The notes under the pieces are model-generated. The model searched no databases. It was not told where the DNA came from and saw only the letters and a list, made by a program, of their open reading frames with translations. DNA of 64,000 nt from Acidobacteriota bacterium (GTDB taxonomy: Bacteria; Acidobacteriota; UBA6911; RPQK01; JADFOI01): assembly GCA_963663035.1 (NCBI GenBank), contig OY760074.1:2048001-2112000 (forward strand), in the 5' to 3' direction. The translations under genes were made by a program, and so were the position numbers. Below are positions 59,406 to 64,000 of the stretch, in pieces. Within the stretch, counting starts at the first letter, position 1; each line of letters opens with the position of its first letter.

Positions 59406-60295
59406 TCAATACAACCGGTTGTGGCACAGCTTTAGTGACCCCTTTTCAATCCAATAACGAGGTCGACCTGGAAACCTATCGGAAACTGGTCCGGTGGCAG
59501 ATCGATTCGGGGATCAACTTCCTGGTTCCCGTGGGAACTACCGGGGAGAGCGTCACCCTCAGTGAAGAGGAATACCGGGATGTGATTCGAACCTGTGTGG
59601 AAACAGTGGCAGGCAAAGTTCCAGTCGTGGCAGGTGCTGGCACCAACAACACGGCCCATGCGATCCACCTGGCTGGCATCGCCCAGGAGCAGGGGGCCGA
59701 CGCTCTGCTTGCAGTAACTCCCTACTACAACAAACCCACCCAGGAAGGTCTTCTTCGTCACTTCCAGAAGATTGCCGAGTCAATCGAAATTCCGGTCATT
59801 CTCTACAACGTTCCAGGGCGCACCGTGACCAATATCACGGTAGAAACTGCGCTTCGGTTGGCACAGATCGATAATATTATCGGCATCAAAGAAGCCAGTG
59901 GAGATCTCAGTCAAGTTATGCAGATTCTGGATCACCGTCCTCCAGGATTCCTGGTTCTGTCGGGAGACGACAGTCTCGCCCTGGCCATTACACTGTTGGG
60001 TGGGGAGGGCATCATTTCAGTGGCCAGCAATTTGATTCCTGCCGAAATGACTCGAATCATCGATCTGGCCCGCCGTGAAGAGTTGGAGGAGGCTCGGAAA
60101 CTTCATTATCACTACCTCTCCTTAATGGAACTCAACTTCATTGAAACGAGCCCTATCCCTGTGAAATATGCGCTTTCCCGCATGGGCAAGCTTGAAGAGG
60201 TCTACCGGCTCCCCCTGTGTCCGCTCAGCGAAGCGAGTAAAGGAAGGATGGATCAAGAGCTGCAGAAGCTCAACCTGGTGAGTCCCCGTGGTTGA
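59402..60295 (+). CDS. dapA: 4-hydroxy-tetrahydrodipicolinate synthase
   Basis: GTTGES, PYYNKP, YNVPGRT and IKEASG. Confidence 0.96.
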   Translation: MINTTGCGTALVTPFQSNNEVDLETYRKLVRWQIDSGINFLVPVGTTGESVTLSEEEYRDVIRTCVETVAGKVPVVAGAGTNNTAHAIHLAGIAQEQGADALLAVTPYYNKPTQEGLLRHFQKIAESIEIPVILYNVPGRTVTNITVETALRLAQIDNIIGIKEASGDLSQVMQILDHRPPGFLVLSGDDSLALAITLLGGEGIISVASNLIPAEMTRIIDLARREELEEARKLHYHYLSLMELNFIETSPIPVKYALSRMGKLEEVYRLPLCPLSEASKGRMDQELQKLNLVSPRG

Positions 60296-61106
60296 GACGA
60301 TTGAGAAACTCTTTGAGAAGGACGAGTTTGACGGGACCGACAGGAGCACTCTGGAATCCTTTCTGGATCAATTGGACAGTGGGGAAATTCGTGCAGCCGA
60401 GAGAGTCGATGGTCAGTGGACAACCAATACCTGGGTCAAAAAGGGGATCCTGGTCGGATTCCGGATGGGAGTGCTGGCAGATCGATCCATCGATGAGCAT
60501 TTCCGTTTTTTTGATAAAGACACCTTTCCACTGAAGTCGCTTCAACTGGACTCGGGGGTCCGTATAGTTCCCGGGGGGTCCGCGGTGCGGCGCGGAGCCT
60601 ATGTCGCTGCAGGTGTCACCTGTATGCCACCCATGTATATCAATGTCGGTGCTTACGTGGATGAGGGGACCATGGTTGATTCCCATGCCCTGGTCGGATC
60701 GTGTGCCCAGGTCGGGAAACGCGTTCATCTAAGCGCCGCTGCACAGATTGGGGGAGTCCTGGAACCTGTGGGAGCGCTTCCCGTGATCGTTGAAGACGAG
60801 GTCCTGGTGGGAGGCAATTGTGGAGTCTATGAAGGGACGATTGTGCGCCGCGGAGCGGTGCTGGCAGCAGGGGTCATTTTGACTCGCGGAACCCCGGTTC
60901 ATGATCTCACCAAGGAAACAGTGCTCCGAGGTGAGGAAGAGCGCCCTCTCGAAATTCCCGAGGGTGCCGTGGTCGTCCCCGGCAGCCGTCCAATCTCTTC
61001 CAGCTATGGCAAGGCTCAGGGACTCTCCCTGTACACTCCAATCATCGTGAAGTACAGGGACTGGAAAACCGAGAAGTCAGTCAAGCTGGAAGAGTGGCTC
61101 AGGTAG
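60288..61106 (+). CDS. dapD: Tetrahydrodipicolinate N-succinyltransferase
   Basis: WVKKGIL, GAYVDEGTMVD, GSCAQ and IGGVLEP. Confidence 0.95.
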   Translation: MVETIEKLFEKDEFDGTDRSTLESFLDQLDSGEIRAAERVDGQWTTNTWVKKGILVGFRMGVLADRSIDEHFRFFDKDTFPLKSLQLDSGVRIVPGGSAVRRGAYVAAGVTCMPPMYINVGAYVDEGTMVDSHALVGSCAQVGKRVHLSAAAQIGGVLEPVGALPVIVEDEVLVGGNCGVYEGTIVRRGAVLAAGVILTRGTPVHDLTKETVLRGEEERPLEIPEGAVVVPGSRPISSSYGKAQGLSLYTPIIVKYRDWKTEKSVKLEEWLR

Positions 61107-61228
61107 GAGAGAGAAGGTAGGAGACAGGAGGCAGAAGCGTCACAGGGACTACGTCCTCTGCTAAGCTCCAAGTCGAAAGCTTAACTCCCTCTCCATTCTG
61201 ACTCCTGACTCCTACCTCCTGACTCCTA
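61102..61228. repeat. Degenerate heptamer arrays in inverted arrangement (AGGAG-rich / CTCCT-rich)
   Basis: GTAGGAGACAGGAGGCAG on the left and (ACTCCTG/ACTCCTA/CCTCCTG)n on the right. Confidence 0.7.
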
Positions 61229-61249
61229 TTCCCAAGTGTTATCATAGAT

Positions 61250-62080
61250 GTGAGAATGGCAGCTGAAAAGGGGCCAAGCAAGCGAAGGCCGATTATCACC
61301 CTGATCACGGATTTTGGGGAGGGATATTACGTCGCTGCAATGAAGGGGGTCATCCTTGACATCTGCCAGGACGCCTGCATTGTGGACATCAGTCATGATA
61401 TTCGATCTCATGACGTGCTGGAGGGTGCCTTCACCCTTCTTTGCAGTTACCCGTACTTTCCCCCCAAGAGTGTTCACGTCGCAGTAATCGACCCAGGGGT
61501 GGGCTCAGAGCGTCGCGGAATTATCGTGTCAACCAACGATCATTACTTCGTGGGCCCTGATAATGGTGTCTTTTCCTTCGTCTACAATCGAGAGCAGGTC
61601 AAGAAAGTTGTTTCTATCGAGTCCCAACTCTACCAGCGAGGCACAGTTTCTCCCACCTTTCATGGTCGTGATGCGTTTAGTCCGGTGGCCGCATGGCTGG
61701 CGCTGGGAACCCCGCTCGAGAAGTTTGGCCAGGAGATCGAAGATTATGCGGGTGCCACTGTTCTGCCTGTTCAGAAAGTGGAAGAAAATCGACTTGAAGG
61801 CATGGTCATTCACGTGGACAAATTCGGCAACGTCATCACCAGCATCTCTCGAGACAATGCCTCACAGCTCCTCGGGAATGAGGGCACCCCGAAGTTCTAC
61901 CTCAATGGCCAGGAGGTGACTCACCACTACAGCTTTTACGCTGAAGCCGCCCCAGGAGAGATCTTCACCCTTATAGGCAGCAGCGGCTATTATGAGATTG
62001 CGGCACACAAAGAGAGGGCTGCTGATATCTTGGGCGTGGCGCGCGGGGAAAGGGTTCAATTGGAGCTGGTGACAGACTAA
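61250..62080 (+). CDS. SAM hydroxide adenosyltransferase / chlorinase-like (DUF62)
   Basis: TDFG, IDPGVGSERR, GPDNG, TFHGRD and DKFGN. Confidence 0.9.
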   Translation: MRMAAEKGPSKRRPIITLITDFGEGYYVAAMKGVILDICQDACIVDISHDIRSHDVLEGAFTLLCSYPYFPPKSVHVAVIDPGVGSERRGIIVSTNDHYFVGPDNGVFSFVYNREQVKKVVSIESQLYQRGTVSPTFHGRDAFSPVAAWLALGTPLEKFGQEIEDYAGATVLPVQKVEENRLEGMVIHVDKFGNVITSISRDNASQLLGNEGTPKFYLNGQEVTHHYSFYAEAAPGEIFTLIGSSGYYEIAAHKERAADILGVARGERVQLELVTD

Positions 62081-62275
62081 CCGCATTTCTCACACCCGCT
62101 CTGCTGCAGCGGCGCAATGATCCGACCTGCCTGCGTTGCGCGACCCGCAAGCGGGTACCCCTCGCGCGCCAGTCGGAGCCGCAGGCTAAAGCCTGCGGGC
62201 CCGTGGGCTAAAGCCCACGGCTCTGTTTTCCGGCCCTTTCGCCGCTTCGCGACGACCTGGTGTAAGAAATGCGGG
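62081..62275. mobile_element. IS1380-like MITE copy 6 (divergent, with REP-like hairpins)
   Basis: Ends CCGCATTTCTCACACC / GGTGTAAGAAATGCGGG; the duplicated CTAA carries the stops of both convergent genes. Confidence 0.82.
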
Positions 62276-63439
62276 CTAACCAGCCCGGTACGAGGGTGAC
62301 ACTTCCCGCATCCGCTCCACAATCTTCGGCAAGACACCAACCACATAGTCTATCTCCTGCTCTGTGTTCATCCGGCTCAAACTGAAACGAATGGCGGACT
62401 TGTGTAACTGCGGCTTGCCTCCAAGAGCCGTTAAAACGTGCGAGGGTTCAACGGTGCCTGAGGCGCAGGCGGAACCAGTTGACACCGCCACCCCCTCAAA
62501 ATCAAGGGAGATGAGCAGGGCCTCCCCTTCAAGGGAACGAAAGCTGATATTGGTCAGGTGTGGGACTCGTCTGGTTTTCGATCCATTGACCACGGTTCCT
62601 GGAATTTGTTCCAGGATGCCCCTCTCCAACCTGTCTCGCAGCGCCCCAATTCTCGTACTGAAGTCCTTCAGCGCCTCCTTCGCCAGCTCAGCCGTCCGTC
62701 CCAGGCCTACGATCCCAGGCACGTTCAAGGTGCCTGCACGCCGGCTGCGCTCGTGGGAGCCTCCATGCAGCAGTGGGTCTATCGACACCCCACTCCGCAC
62801 ATAGAGTGCACCCACACCTTTAGGGCCGTGGATTTTGTGTGCCGATATGGACAGGAGATCGACACCCAGTTCCTCCACGTTCACCGGGATCTTTGCCACC
62901 GTCTGGACTGCATCGGTGTGAAAGAGAACCTCTCTTTCCCGTGCGATAGCAGCCATCTCTTCGATGGGTTGAATCACTCCGATCTCGTTGTTGCCGTGCA
63001 TGATGGAAATCAGTGTGGTCTCATCCTCAATGGCTTCCTTGAACTGATCCAGAGAAATCATGCCCTCCCGATCCACCGGGAGGCAGCTCACCCGAAAACC
63101 TTCCCTTTCCAGTTGCTCACAGGTGTGCAGGACAGCCGAATGCTCAGTGGCAGCCGTGAGAATGTGATTTCCCCGCGAGCGGTGATGGGTCGCCACTCCC
63201 CGAAGCGCCGCATTGTCGGCCTCCGTGCCGCCGCTGGTGAACACAATCTCTCTGGGCCGGGCTCCAATCAACTCGGCAACTTGACTCCGAGCACTTTCCA
63301 CCACCGAACTCGCCTTTTGGCCGTAAGAGTGAATCGAGGAGGCGTTTCCAAAATCCTCCAGATAATGAGGCTTCATCGCCTCAAAAACCAAGGGATCCAG
63401 TGGAGTGGTGGCATTGTTGTCCAGATAGACTTGCTGCAT
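62276..63439 (-). CDS. Cysteine desulfurase (IscS/NifS family)
   Basis: YLDNNATT, FTSGGTE, SAHKIHGPKG and STGSAC. Confidence 0.94.
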   Translation of the reverse strand: MQQVYLDNNATTPLDPLVFEAMKPHYLEDFGNASSIHSYGQKASSVVESARSQVAELIGARPREIVFTSGGTEADNAALRGVATHHRSRGNHILTAATEHSAVLHTCEQLEREGFRVSCLPVDREGMISLDQFKEAIEDETTLISIMHGNNEIGVIQPIEEMAAIAREREVLFHTDAVQTVAKIPVNVEELGVDLLSISAHKIHGPKGVGALYVRSGVSIDPLLHGGSHERSRRAGTLNVPGIVGLGRTAELAKEALKDFSTRIGALRDRLERGILEQIPGTVVNGSKTRRVPHLTNISFRSLEGEALLISLDFEGVAVSTGSACASGTVEPSHVLTALGGKPQLHKSAIRFSLSRMNTEQEIDYVVGVLPKIVERMREVSPSYRAG

Positions 63440-63488
63440 GTTTGTCCGATCATATCACCCACCAAACTGAGGCAACAACTGGACAGCC

Positions 63489-63517
63489 TTGACAGCCGAG
63501 AAAGCGAATCTTATATA
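63489..63517 (+). promoter_or_regulatory. sigma70 promoter of hsp20
   Basis: TTGACA-17-TATATA. Confidence 0.6.
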
Positions 63518-63656
63518 AGTAAAAGGCTGGTTGATGGAAGACCTAAGTTACTTAGGCTTAAATACTTAAGTCCACCAGTCAGGACTGTGAACTGCGCAGA
63601 GACACAGAAAGGACGAAACTTTAGCAGGTTATTTAAAACAATGGAGGTAAGGAAGA

Positions 63657-64000
63657 ATGCAATTAGTAAGATTTAATCCCTTTTGGGGCTCAACAGCAGT
63701 GGAGCCGACAATGGATCGACTCTTTGACCGCTTTTTCGAGGATACGGGCACAAAGCTGAACGGTAGGACTGGGTCTCCGTCAGTGGATGTTTCTGAGACT
63801 GAAAACGAGATCGTGTTCACAGCTGAGTTTCCAGGATTTGAAAAGGAGGAGATTGACATCTCCGTCAACGAGGGTCGCTTGAACATCAGTGGCGAGAGAC
63901 CCTTCACAGAGGAAAAGGAAACCAAGCATCACCGGGTCGAGCGTTGGTATGGAAAATTCAATCGCAGCTTCCTTTTACCGAAATCCGCAGACCCCGAAAC
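63657..64000 (+). CDS. Hsp20 small heat-shock protein (3' end beyond window)
   Basis: MQLVRFNP...PSVDVSETENE...FPGFEKEEIDISV...ERWYGKFNRSFLLP. Confidence 0.92.
   Translation, partial: MQLVRFNPFWGSTAVEPTMDRLFDRFFEDTGTKLNGRTGSPSVDVSETENEIVFTAEFPGFEKEEIDISVNEGRLNISGERPFTEEKETKHHRVERWYGKFNRSFLLPKSADPE

Noticed and set aside
61250-62080. True fluorinase or chlorinase
   Set aside because: Retains Asp/Arg/His motifs (TDFG, ERR, FHGRD) typical of DUF62 SAM hydrolases, and there is no biosynthetic context.

Overview
A ~56% GC bacterial chromosomal segment, probably from Acidobacteriota (inferred from DinB paralogs, two DUF5916 proteins and a TonB receptor with a carboxypeptidase-regulatory domain). 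Housekeeping content includes ychF, an RlmD-like methylase, an ABC-F ATPase, rimK, asd-dapB-dapA-dapD, an IscS-like desulfurase, Hsp20 and three tRNAs (Arg-CCG, Arg-TCG, His-GTG). Accessory content includes two TAXI receptors, a Tat-exported ThDP enzyme with cytochrome c, a PQQ/cupredoxin/TonB operon, and a Moco hydroxylase-TRAP-UbiD-cupin cluster. Mobile DNA comprises a full IS1380, a truncated IS1380 plus an IS3 that together break a hybrid histidine kinase, six ~200-bp MITEs with IS1380-like ends (five sitting at stop codons), nine copies of an 18-nt hairpin micro-element nested in those MITEs, and several heptamer arrays. The most striking unexplained feature is a ~440-nt, extensively base-paired, stand-alone RNA candidate at 56176-56614. 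It has a candidate sigma70 promoter and an upstream DnaA-box cluster and fits no RNA family I recognise. All calls come from reading the sequence by eye; no searches were run.
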